Assembly: GCF_001194135.2 (NCBI RefSeq)
Contig: NC_068985.1
Coordinates: forward strand, 9,469,624 to 9,511,630
DNA: 42,007 nucleotides
DNA from: Octopus bimaculoides
Lineage: Eukaryota
Direction: 5' to 3'
Shown in pieces: positions 9,829-22,407 of this stretch. Within the stretch, counting starts at the first letter, position 1, and each line of letters begins with the position of its first letter. A program made the translations under genes and the position numbers. Under the pieces are notes generated by a model. The model saw only the letters and a list, made by a program, of their open reading frames with translations. It was not told the origin of the DNA and ran no database searches.

Positions 9829-12800
9829 CACATTGTTTGTTTTTATGTTCAATTATAATAAAAATAAGTTTCACATTAATCTGAAAGGTTACTCCAGACA
9901 TTATTTACGTTTGAAAGATATTTGTCCTCATCTTGTTTGTTTTTAACACAACGTTTCAGCTGATATACCCTCCAGCCTTCATCAGGTATATTGGGGAAAT
10001 TTTGAACCTGGGTTCTCATTCCTAAGGTATTTTTCGATGTTATTATTATTATTATTCAGGTCACTGCCAGGAATTGAACTCGGAATCTTGGGTTAGTAGC
10101 CTGCGCTCTTAATCACTACGCCATATGCCCATAGAGTACAACTTGATTATTCTTTAACAAGAATAGTAGTGACAGTGACTTTGAAGTTTTGGCCAGCTAT
10201 GCCATCATGAGACTGTAAATGAAGAACTAATGGAAATAATTGAATAGAAAGTTACCTGTGTGCCATGGTGACTTTGGAGGTTCGGATAAACACCCTTCCA
10301 TTGACACAAGCACCGACATCACGTACACAAATCCACCAACTTTACGGAACACTGTTCTTGTACGATGGCTCTCACGTAAAACGTTCAGCAGAGACTGCAA
10401 GATAAGGGGCCACAATTATTATTTAAAAAAACACAACACTTGCTCATGCAGAAGAACTGAACCCAAGACCACATGATTGGGAAGCAAGCTTCTTAACCAC
10501 AGAGCTATGCAAAAAAAAAGAAAAAAAATAGAAAATAAACAAAATTGGATGTAAATATATTTAATTTTCCTTCATACCTTTAATATGTGAGTTTTAAGTT
10601 GCAGTGCAGTTACGGGTGCTGTGTGCATGAGTCCTAAAAGGGTGCCCATGTCATCATCACCTCCAGGGGACAGAACCAGCTGCTGGACAATGTTAAGGGC
10701 TTGGTGCTGGCAATCAACATAAGGCACCATATTATGAGCACATCGTGCTCCTCCACACTCATGGAACACACCTGTTGAAAAAGAAAAAAAAAGTGGGGGG
10801 GATCACAAAAATGAGCAGATGGTTAAAATCTCAGATTTCAACAGAAAGTGATGTATCTACAATCATTTAAAATAAATTTTGATGAAAGATAAAAACAAAT
10901 AACTTATTACAGAATTAATTATTTTGTTAAAGCAATTCCTAATTATCAGCCTGCTTGCATGTGTATTACAGAATTACTCTGTGAATGTCGGTGAATTAAT
11001 AAAAAAGAAAAAAAAAAAGATGCAGTCAGAAGTTGCAGAAGCATTTTTTATTATTACTTTATTTTCTTTTGGAATTTTTAAAACATTGTGGAAAATAGAG
11101 TATAAAGTATATTGCTTTATATATATATAGCTGAAATTTATAGAAGAAACAAAAGACAAAGAGAGGTGTATGAACAACAAGCAGGTATATTGGTTTGACG
11201 GTCGGAAAAATGAAAAAGTGTTTTACATTTCAAGCCTACGCTCGTCAACAGAAATACTTACTGGCATTGGCACTGTTGCCATTCAGCAGAATTGCCAGGG
11301 CTTCCATGACATAGAATCCCAATGTCATCTGCTCTTCTGATATTTTGAAATGTTCTGTAAAAGATAACAAAAAAAGCAGCTTTAATCCTTTAAAGACTCA
11401 TACTCCATAAAACACCAGTTTTCACATGTTTTTAACAAGAATATTGCTATGCCATTACATTATTTCTTTTATTGAATTAACAGTGTATTAAAATGGTTTC
11501 ATATCATGCTTCTAATGCACAGCTTTCAGCCGAGGAAAGAATCCCTTTATAGATGCATTGTGTTAAAAAATAAACTTCAGAGCCAAGTGAAACAAAATCA
11601 CCTCAAAAGTGATTCCAAGAGTTGCATCCTTCAAACCAGTGTATAGTTTAGACACTGTATTAATACAGTTCAGATTGGCCAATTTGACTTTATTTTAGAA
11701 GTGACATGTGCATATGACATTGACAAGTAACAACAATGTGAAATGTCACTCTTGCAGTCACTTCCAAGGTGATTTCATATTGCCTACCTGTGGGATATAT
11801 TGTGGCTTTTTAACACAATATATCTATAAAGGCAGTTTTACCAGGATGAAAAACTGCAGGCTTCTTTCAGTTTCCGTCTACCAAATCCACATACAAGGCT
11901 TTGGTCGGCCCGAGGCTATAGTAGAAGACACTTGCCCAAGGTGCCACAAAGTGGGACTAAATCTGGAACCATGTGGTTGGTAAGCAAGCTACTTACCACA
12001 CAGTCACTCCTGTGCCTATGGTTAATCAATTTTAACCCTCACCCCCATAATTCATCACATTATTACTAATGATACTTAACTGTCAATGGCTGAGTTTATC
12101 AATAGCTTGTAACAACTGGATGAAATTTATGAATGAATGGCATTTTAATTTGCTGATGAGAAGCTGATAATAAGATACTACTAAAAATGTATCTTATATC
12201 TCTTTTCAGTTAAGGGACAGCAGCCATGTTGGGGCACCACCTTGAAGGGATTTTTAGTTGAACAAATTGATTGTAGTACTTAGTTTTTAAAGCCCGATAT
12301 ATATTTTCTGTCTCCCACTGGCTTCTGGCTGAGTGGCTCCCCTGCTGGTGGCATGCAATAAGCACCATTCATTTATGTGTAGGTCATTGCCAGTGCCACC
12401 TGACTGGCTCTCTATGCTGGTGGCACAAAAAAGCACCATATTAACGTGGTCGATGCCAGTCCCCCATCTCTCACCCCGACTGGCACTTGTGCTGGTGGCA
12501 CATAAAAAGCACCATCCAAATGTGGCCGATGCCAGTACCACCTGACTGGCTCCTGTGCCGATGGCACATAAAAAGCACCCACTACACTCTTGGAGTGGTT
12601 GTCGTTAGGAAGGCTATTCAACTGTAGAAACATTGCCAGATCAGATTGGAGCCTTGTGCTGAAACGTTGTGCAAACAACAAATAAGATGAGGACAAATAT
12701 TATGTACATAATTCCTCATCTCTTAAATATAGAACTGCATTAAAAAAAGGTCTGCAAAGCCCACAAACTTACCATGTTCAAATAAAAAAAGACAAATTGA

Positions 12801-14083
12801 ATCTATATAATCCTAGATATTCAAAAGCCAACAGAAGTTTGGGATACTCATAGGTTGCACATCAATGATTGCCTAAGTGCACAAAAGGCGCTAGCCTTTG
12901 GCTTAAACAACAACATCAATATAATGATAAATAATAGAAGAAATGGTAATTACCAACTCCATTCTGAGGATCTTTCAGAAGAGCAGCATACCGATGTAGA
13001 CATGTAACCATGACTTCCAACATACCAACTTCCCGAAACACATCTTTGTAGACAATGTGGTAGCGTAATATCTTCAGCAAACTTCTCATGCAGATAATGC
13101 TGCATTCAATGGAACTGTGGGAAGAGCAGTACACTAATAAATGCATATGCACATATAAACACATCTATCTATCTATCTATATATATATATATATATTGAT
13201 AGGAAGGACAACAAAAGAAAGAAAGAAAGAAAGAGACCTCGATATTATGTAAATAGAGGAATTTATCTGTAAAAATATGTGACACTTATTCGGTAGCCAT
13301 GATAAAACTCCGAGTTTCGGATGCCACAGTTGCTAATTGTGGAACATGACTGTCACTACATGAACCTGATGATTGCAGAAAGCACAAAAATACTAGTTTA
13401 TTTCAATATTGTAAAATAGTACAAATTGGAAATAATAAAACGCGAAAAATCAGTATTGTTTTCTGCAAGTGCTCCACCCTTATTGCAGCCCCTATTTGTT
13501 CCATGNNNNNNNNNNCAACTCCATTCTGAGGATCTTTCAGAAGAGCAGCATACCGATGTAGACATGTAACCATGACTTCCAACATACCAACTTCCCGAAA
13601 CACATCTTTGTAGACAATGTGGTAGCGTAATATCTTCAGCAAACTTCTCATGCAGATAATGCTGCATTCAATGGAACTGTGGGAAGAGCAGTACACTAAT
13701 AAATGCATATGCACATATAAACACATCTATCTATCTATCTATATATATATATATATATATNNNNNNNNNNCTTCCTTATCGCATACCGTGTTATCTGCTG
13801 GGCATGCTATATCTATGATCCAGCATAGTTTGTTTTCTTTCTCAATTAAGATTATGTCCGGCTTCCTATTCTCTATCTCATGGTCGCACTGAATCATAAA
13901 ATTCCATAGGATCGTTGCATTTCTATTTTCGACGATGCCTTCAGGTTTGTGGTCGTACCAATATTTTGCTCTGTCAAGTCCATACTTATTGCAAAGTCTC
14001 CAATGGACAAGCCTGGCTATATTGTCGTGGCGTCTCTTATATTCCTTCTGGGCTAGTAGCGTACATTGGCTGGTAATATGCCA

Positions 14084-14125
<42 letters not shown>

Positions 14126-14858
14126 CATTTTACACACACACACACACACTCGTATGTGTGCTTGCAAGTAAGTATGCATACACACACAAACACAGAGAGT
14201 CACGTGAGAAACAACAAAAGATAAAACTCAAATTAATCACCAGAATGCAAGTAGTTCAGAATAATTAGTAATTAGTAGACTGTAATAATCCAAACTCAGC
14301 TACTTACTGTTGAGTTTTAATGAGTATGCTCAGACTGATGAGCTCTTTACAGGGCACAAAGTTCAAATTAAACACGATGAATTCTAACAATTCAAAGAAT
14401 TTTTGCTGCAAAGAAAAAAAATTAATAAATAAAAATACATGATTAAACAAACACGAGAAAAATATATTTCTTCAGGTTTTGGCAATTTTCAACATTTCAT
14501 TCATTAATTTTGTTTTTTTTTTCATCTATTTTTATTTCAACAAAAGAGGTTGGTGGTGGTGGTGGGGGGGCAGTTGCAAGTGATTATTAGAGGTCCTTCC
14601 CTGACTACTGGAACTGATAGGGTGGGGTGAATGCCCTATCTGAACATCTGAAGACCAATGACTGCTGGGAAAAAAAAAACATGGTGGTGCATGGGGATGG
14701 TGGTGGGAGCAAGATCTGAAATGAATGTTAGCAACAATAAAACGAACTCTGGGTTGCAGAGTTAAATTGAGGCACACGTTAGGCTTGACAATATAAATAT
14801 TTAATATATTCACAGAGGAAACAATGAACTAGGTCAGATCAAAGTATATTAATCCTAG

Positions 14859-14904
<46 letters not shown>

Positions 14905-15001
14905 CCGCTGTTGTTCATCAATAAGAGATTCTGTAGAGAGTTCATTGAGCTGGTTTGCCAAGAGAAGTAAATTGGATGCTTGCTATTCATCTAAGAGAGA
15001 C

Positions 15002-15044
<43 letters not shown>

Positions 15045-15422
15045 TTTCATCATCATCATCGTTTAACGTCTGTTTTCCATGCTGGCATGGGTTGGACAGT
15101 TTGACTGGGAACTGTCAAGCCAAGAGGCTGCACCAGGCTCCAATCTGGTCAAACAGTCCAACCCATGCCAGCATGGGCAACAGACGTTAAATGATGATGA
15201 TGATGATGATATACATAAGTGCTATTACCTTAGTTATAAGACAGAAAATGAAAAGAGCAAATGTCCAAAACATTAGACAAATTCACTCCACACAATAAAT
15301 CACTTCATTGAACATGTCTACGAATTTTCCTGATGATTAATTTTTGCCAACATAGCACCAATTACCTTGGATTCTATATTTTAATCTTTTTTCTTATTGT
15401 TGTTGGTTTGCCAAATTAACAG

Positions 15423-15466
<44 letters not shown>

Positions 15467-15960
15467 AGGCATGTGTATGTGTATAGCTACATATGGGAAA
15501 GATGTTGAATAGTAAAAATTACTTCCTCTAATAGTTTAACAATTATCAAGATTTTCAAAATCTATTGTAGTAACTGAAGCAGAAAATTAGGAGTGTACAG
15601 TGTGTACATAATAGATACACACACACACACACAATTTACACATTCACACACAGACACTGCACACATACACACACATACCCCAACACATACACTCTCTACA
15701 CAACTTACATCATATACACGTACACACATATCACAACTTACACCATTCCTCCACACTCACACACAGACACAATACACAAAACCTATGCATACACATCATG
15801 CAAGATGTATCATACACACACACACCTTAGATGAAAAATATGTCCATATACATCCGATAAAACTTATATACAAACATCACTAAATATTTACACACATACA
15901 CAGACACACATTTTTTAAATAAATAGGTTTTATCATTTTTATCTTCCTTTTTGTCTTCAC

Positions 15961-16015
<55 letters not shown>

Positions 16016-19000
16016 ACATGTAAAAAAAACAGCAAAAGAATGTGTATATGTGTGGCAGACAGCAAAGTTTATTTGTAAATTTCAAAAGCAAATGTTTTAA
16101 AATATTACAGAGGCACAGACACACACAGATGATAGTTAAATTGCTTTTTCTTTCCCATTTCCTGTCCTCCGTTATGAAAGAACCACTATTCAACCACAAA
16201 CATTTAAAAAATAACAGCTAAACCACCTTCAAGTTACATCTTGTTATTAAAAACAATTCGAGAAAGCAAATTCGAGTATGTTTTGGGTAAAGTGGTCCTA
16301 GATACAATGTCTGAATAAAAGGCAGGCTGGTCAGGTTTTGAACAACTTTGATCACAGATCTGCTGGATCAGAGCTGACCTAGGGTTCAACAACAACAACA
16401 ACAGCAAACTAATACAGAAGCTTTTATGTTAGCAGTTCTCAACTGAGGCTCCCAGGGTCACATGCAGCCCTCAAGCATTCTTCCAATGGCCCTTAACAGT
16501 TTTCCCTCTCTAAATATAATAAAGTTTCCTTTAACTGACTTGTGTTTTATTTGTTTCAGTGTGGCCCCCACCTAAAAAAAATCCAGGTATTGGATCTGAC
16601 CTGGCTATTAAAAAGGTTTGGAACTATTGTTTCATGTAGCTTCACCTACAAAAATAGCAGCTAAATTGCCCATATGTTCCACCCTCCCAGCTTCAAAACA
16701 AAACATCCAGTCATATACTCCAAGGTAAACGATGTTTGAATGAAAGACCAACCAATTATGAGTGGAACCCCTATAGCCATATGCCTACTTCTTAGAGGCT
16801 GACCTGGAGCAAAACAAGGGAAACTTCTATGGAGTTTCTTAACCTCCTAGCAACAGCAGCCAAACTCCCTCATATCACACTGCCAAAATAAGGAAAGATA
16901 TTGACTAATGTAGTTCAAGATATCCACCATGGTCAGCTTCGTCTTTTATCCTTTAGGAGTCAGGGGTTGATGAATAAGTACCAGTTAAATATTGGGGTCA
17001 ATGAAATCGATTTTCCTACCTCTCCCAAAACTGTTGGCCTTGTACCGAAATTTTAAATCAATGTCATTCTAGATACACTATATGTCTCAATAAATCTTTT
17101 CTACTCTAGGCACAAGGCCTGAAATTTCTAGAGAGGGGAGCCAATCGATTAGATTGACCCTAGTTCACAACTGGTACTTAATTTATCAACCCCAAAAGGA
17201 TGAGAGGCAAAGTCGACCTCGGCGGAATTTGAACTCAGAATGCAAAGACAGACGAAATACCGCTAAGCATTTCGCCCGGCGTGCTAAGGATTCTGCCAGC
17301 TTACCACCTTACTATATGTCTCAACAATGACAGGATAGCCACAACTAGAATGTCTTTGGTTATAGACCTGCTTCATCAGGATTGACCCGGCATGAAACAA
17401 TCAACAACATTATGATTACACTACAAGTGTCAGCAGAAGCTACTTCATATGTTTTTGCTTTTTGTTCATTTTCACACTAATTAGATTGAACAAATATTTT
17501 GTTTTAACACAATGATTTTTTTCCCTTTGTTATTTAGTTTTTTAACATGTTTGTCATCCTCCATGCAGTCTTCCTATTGTTAATCATGCAATGAAACTAT
17601 TGAGTGCTAGAGAACTTGCAGAGGCCGGAGAGAAATTAGGTCAGTATGTTTGATCTATTGAATGGTGGGCAAAAATATTAATTTACTTGAGAGAGGAAAT
17701 ACAAGTGGACTGTGAAAACAGCCAAGTATTAAAGACATCTGTATTATTTTCCAGCACACCAGTCAAATTTTTCAGACAAAAATTTATAGCAAGAAAATGG
17801 TAGAGCATCTTATATACCAAAACAACTTTGAAGGAACAAAAATTTCATGTGTGAAGTAGTGGAATCTGGAAAGATAGTGATGCAGTTTTAACGCTACACT
17901 ATATGTTTACACTATAAATAGGCATAGCTGTGTGGTAAAAAGTTTGCTTCTCACCCACATGGTTCTAGGTTCAGTCCCATTGTGTGGTACTCTGGACAAG
18001 TGTCTTCTATAATAGCCTAAGGCCAGCCAAAGTCATGTGAATGGATTTGGTAGACAGACACTCAAAGGAGCCTGTCGTATGTGCGTGTATAATAACAATA
18101 ACATCGAAAAATACCTTAGGAATGAGAACCCAGGTTCAAAATTTCCCCAAGATACCTGATGAAGGCTGAAGGGTATATCAGCCGAAACGTTATGTTAACA
18201 ACAAACATGATGAGGACAAATATCTGTCAAATGTAAATAATGTACATAATTCCTTGTCTCTTAAATATAGAAGGTGATTATAGTCACAGTAGAAATGGCA
18301 GATAGAGGAGACAGCATGCCTGTGAACAAAGACTAGAGCATGTCTGAGAAATTTTTGTAAAACCATTTAATGTTGGGGATCTATTTTAAAACAGGGGCGC
18401 CAGTATTTTCTTAATGAAACACAAACGAAACACTTTGAAACTTGAGACACTGGTAGAATATGTCATATAAAACATCTTTTACTCTTAGTCTTCTTAACAA
18501 AAAAAAGGAATTTGCAAGTTATTCCATGTTAAAGTTGTCGTATTTCTGTAATTTCAACCAATCACTGACGTCTATTCAGCTCAATAGAGTTACTGCTGGG
18601 CGGTCATAAAAATGTTATTCCCTGTGACATATTTCATCCGGTTTAATCGTAATTTATACGCATATATTGTTTATACAATAAATTACGCTGTGCGTATCTA
18701 TGTGTGTAACAATTTTAGAGTTCGGATTCTCGAGTTAGGGTTAGGGTTAGGGTTACGGTTACGGTTAACAGTCTAGTTAGGGTTAGGGTTAGGGGATTAA
18801 TACGATATACACAGTTACAGCGCTAACTGTTTTCAACTGAATAGACGTCAGTGATTAGTAGAAATTATCAAAATAAGACAATTTTTTACATGAAATAAAT
18901 TTGAATACAAAAATATTTTTCTGTTCTATAACACAAAATAGATAAGTATACGAAGTCTGAAAGTCTTTCCGTACCAAAAACACTACATAAAACATAAATG

Positions 19001-20178
19001 AAAACTGGCGCCCCTGTTTTAAAATAGATCCAATGTTGGCTGCATAGAAAAATTCCACTGCTTTCAAAATGATTTAAAATGCATAATATTTGTGGTTTCC
19101 ATTTTCCAAGGAGTTAAAAGTTTTTGGCTTCAGTGACAATGCCAAGCCATTCACATGATAACGAAATAGTTGTCTTCAAATCAGTAATTCTGCTGACACT
19201 ATTCCTATACACTACAGACTATATTATCTCTTACTTTCTCAACTAAAATCCAATTTATGTTGTCTGGATTATAGATTAACCAATGAGGCAGAAAACAACT
19301 TCAGAAGTGAACAGTATATTTTTGTTAACAAAAGACAAAATGGCTGTAAGTTGTAAAATTTTTATTTTGTTAAGTTTTTAGCTTAGTCTTAATTTTGAGT
19401 TTCTTTTTAATTTATAGCAGTTAATGTGGACATGAGAAGAGATTCCAGCTGATCTCAGAGATAGCGCCATTGTTACAATCTGAATGGAGACAAATTAGAT
19501 TGTGACACTTACAAAGGAATTTCATGCTAATCTGTTGTTGGAAAAATTCTGCCGAGAATCTAGTTCAACCAACCCAACATACCATTAGAGACACACCATC
19601 ATTGTCATCATCATCTAACATCCATTTTGCCATGCTGGCATGGGTGGGAGGATTTGACAGGAGCTGCTTAGCCAGAGAGCTGCATCAAGCTCCAGTTGTC
19701 TGTTTTGGCATGGTTTCTATGGCTGGACAGCCTTCCTAATGCCAACCATGCCCCACCCCACCGCACCCCAGTAAGTAGGGACCTGGTCCAGTTACTCAAA
19801 TACATGGACAGATGGTGCAAAATGCAGAGTTGCTTTACATATCTGGATAGTTCACCTATTACAGAAGGTTGACATTGTTGATGAAATCTTGCACTGATTT
19901 CTTCTTCTTCTTCCTCCTCCTCCTCCTCCTCCTCCTCTTCTTCTTCTTCTTCCTCCTCCTCCTCCTCTTCTTCTTCTTCTTCTTCTCCCAAAAGACCAGA
20001 CATGGCTGGTCAATCACCAAACTTGTCAATCAAATATGTAAATGCTGCAGAGGTCATCACAGCCACATGCAGACGCACGGAACTTAAATCTGGTGGACAA
20101 TTGACTTTAAACCAAACAAATTGCCTACTCTCACAGCATCATCATAATGGTGATCACAATAACCACTAGTGACAGTGG

Positions 20179-20214
<36 letters not shown>

Positions 20215-21193
20215 CTTCAGTATTGTAATTGAGGAACATCATCATCATCATCATCATCATCACTTTATTTCATAGCTAATCATGCTAATGATAATCGAAA
20301 TTATCATCGCAATTGTCATCGTCATCACTGCCGTGTTACACTGATCAATAGCTGTTTCTATCATAAACACTGGCACCATTATTACCATCATCAATATTAT
20401 CGCATCACCATAATTAATCCTATTAGCATCATAGCAATTATCATCACAATCATCATCATCACCACCATCATCATCATCGTCATCTGCTTGTCTTCAGTAT
20501 CACCATCAACCTTAGCACCACCACCACCATCATTATCAACAACATTCTTGCTACCATGAATATCAGAACTACCATCACCATCACCATCACCATCATCATC
20601 ATCATCACTACCAACAAAATTCTAATCATCATCATCATCGCTATGGACAACATCATTCTTGTTATCATCAGTGTCTTCAACATCTCCAACGCCACCACAA
20701 CCATCATCATTTATCACTGCCATCATCAGGACCGCCCTTCTTTTTAATTACCGTTTTCCCTTTTTATTCTTTGTGTTTTGGTATCAGACAACCCCCATAC
20801 ACTGGCCGGCAGACAAATTGATGATCCAGTTGATTACACACAAGTCTCATTTAGTGTTCAAGAGACAAATAACAAGCAAATCTCCATCAAAGAACAGCTT
20901 AATTCTTTAAAACGAAATGTACATTAGATTGCGAGATTCTTCTTAGACAATAAGTTAGGATGGTTATGGCCAGACTTTCTTCGATCACAGGATTCTAAGA
21001 ACAGCAACATCAGCTCATAGTCTTAATCATTTTCTTTACTGCATTTCTACTGAATTATTAATGGTATCTCTCAGCTTGGAATCATGCAGTGGTTTTCTTC
21101 TCTACAGGTAGAGGTGAGTAAAGAGTAGAATCAACTGAAGGAGCTCTTAGTTTATACCTGACATTTATTTTAACAGACCCAGAAAAGAGAGAG

Positions 21194-21247
<54 letters not shown>

Positions 21248-22128
21248 TGTGTGTATGTGCGTGTGTGTGCGTGTGTGTACACATACGTATGTATCTATAT
21301 ATATATGTAACTACATGCGAATCATTGGCAATATTTTTTCCTTTCTTGGACTTTCCTTTGTCTCCTGTTGCTGAAGAGCTTTGCTCGAAACGTAAAACTA
21401 CCATTCTTTCCTTCCTTGAGCATCTGCTAATAATTTACATGTACCACATGTTTTGGTATCCAGAAGACCCAGTGTGACAGGTAAGGCTATGGAAGTGATA
21501 TGGAAGCACTGTAGCTAAACTCTCGGTTCTATAATAATACAAGTGAGGAATCTAATGCAGGTCTTGTATGAGCATGTATATGTTAAATAAAATGAGACAA
21601 CAAAGCCAAGGCTGTGTGGAATTTTCAGGATATTTATAAAGAGAAAGTTAGTCTTACAGCTGTTTCTGGGATATTACGGACATCCTTTCATATATATTTA
21701 TTACAGATTGCTTGAAGCTAACTTTCTTCCTACACCTTGATCCCTGTTATTCAACTATCTCTTTTGCATTCATATGTTTACAGTTTAGATCTTAATTATA
21801 AAAAAAAATATGACACCATTATTCTATGCTAATTTAGTTAATTGTAAGATAGAAATTTAAATGTAATAAAATGTTTTAAAAGAAATTTAAAGTCCCTATG
21901 GGATAACTGTAAACCTACTTTTGGGTCACCCTGTATATGTATGTATGTATATATGGGAGAATATACGAAAAAACAACAACAGACGAGGACAAGTGGTGTA
22001 AATAACAAAAGGATGTATTAGTATGACGCCCGGGAATACGGAAAGTCTTTGACGTTTCGAGCTACGCTCTTCAACAGAAAGAATACATATATATATATGT
22101 GTGTGCGTGTGTGTGTGTGCGTGTGTGT

Positions 22129-22170
<42 letters not shown>

Positions 22171-22362
22171 ATATTTGTGTGCCTGTGTTTGTCCCTCCTA
22201 CCATCGCTTGACAACCGATGTTGGTGCGTTTATGTCCCCCATAACTTGGCAGTTCAGCAAAAGAGAATAGAATAAGTGCTAGGCTTACAAAGAATAAGTT
22301 AAACTAAAGGTGGTGCTCCAGCATGGCCACAGTCAAATGACTGAAACAAGTAAAAGAACTAA

Positions 22363-22407
<45 letters not shown>

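Noticed and set aside
10055-10132. Possible tRNA genes (also the heads at 8034, 25003, 39361, 17230-17310)
   Set aside because: A/B boxes are present but each continues into a multi-copy SINE body, and I could not fold a convincing cloverleaf.
13366-13385. CTGATGA...GAAA hammerhead-like match
   Set aside because: Only 5 nt between the core halves, with no stem II, stem III or stem I pairing.
18735-18795. Telomere or chromosome-fusion site
   Set aside because: Short tracts internal to a MITE with TSDs; not terminal and not in fusion orientation.
21920-21936. GGTCACCCTGTA mariner-like terminal repeat
   Set aside because: No matching opposite end found.
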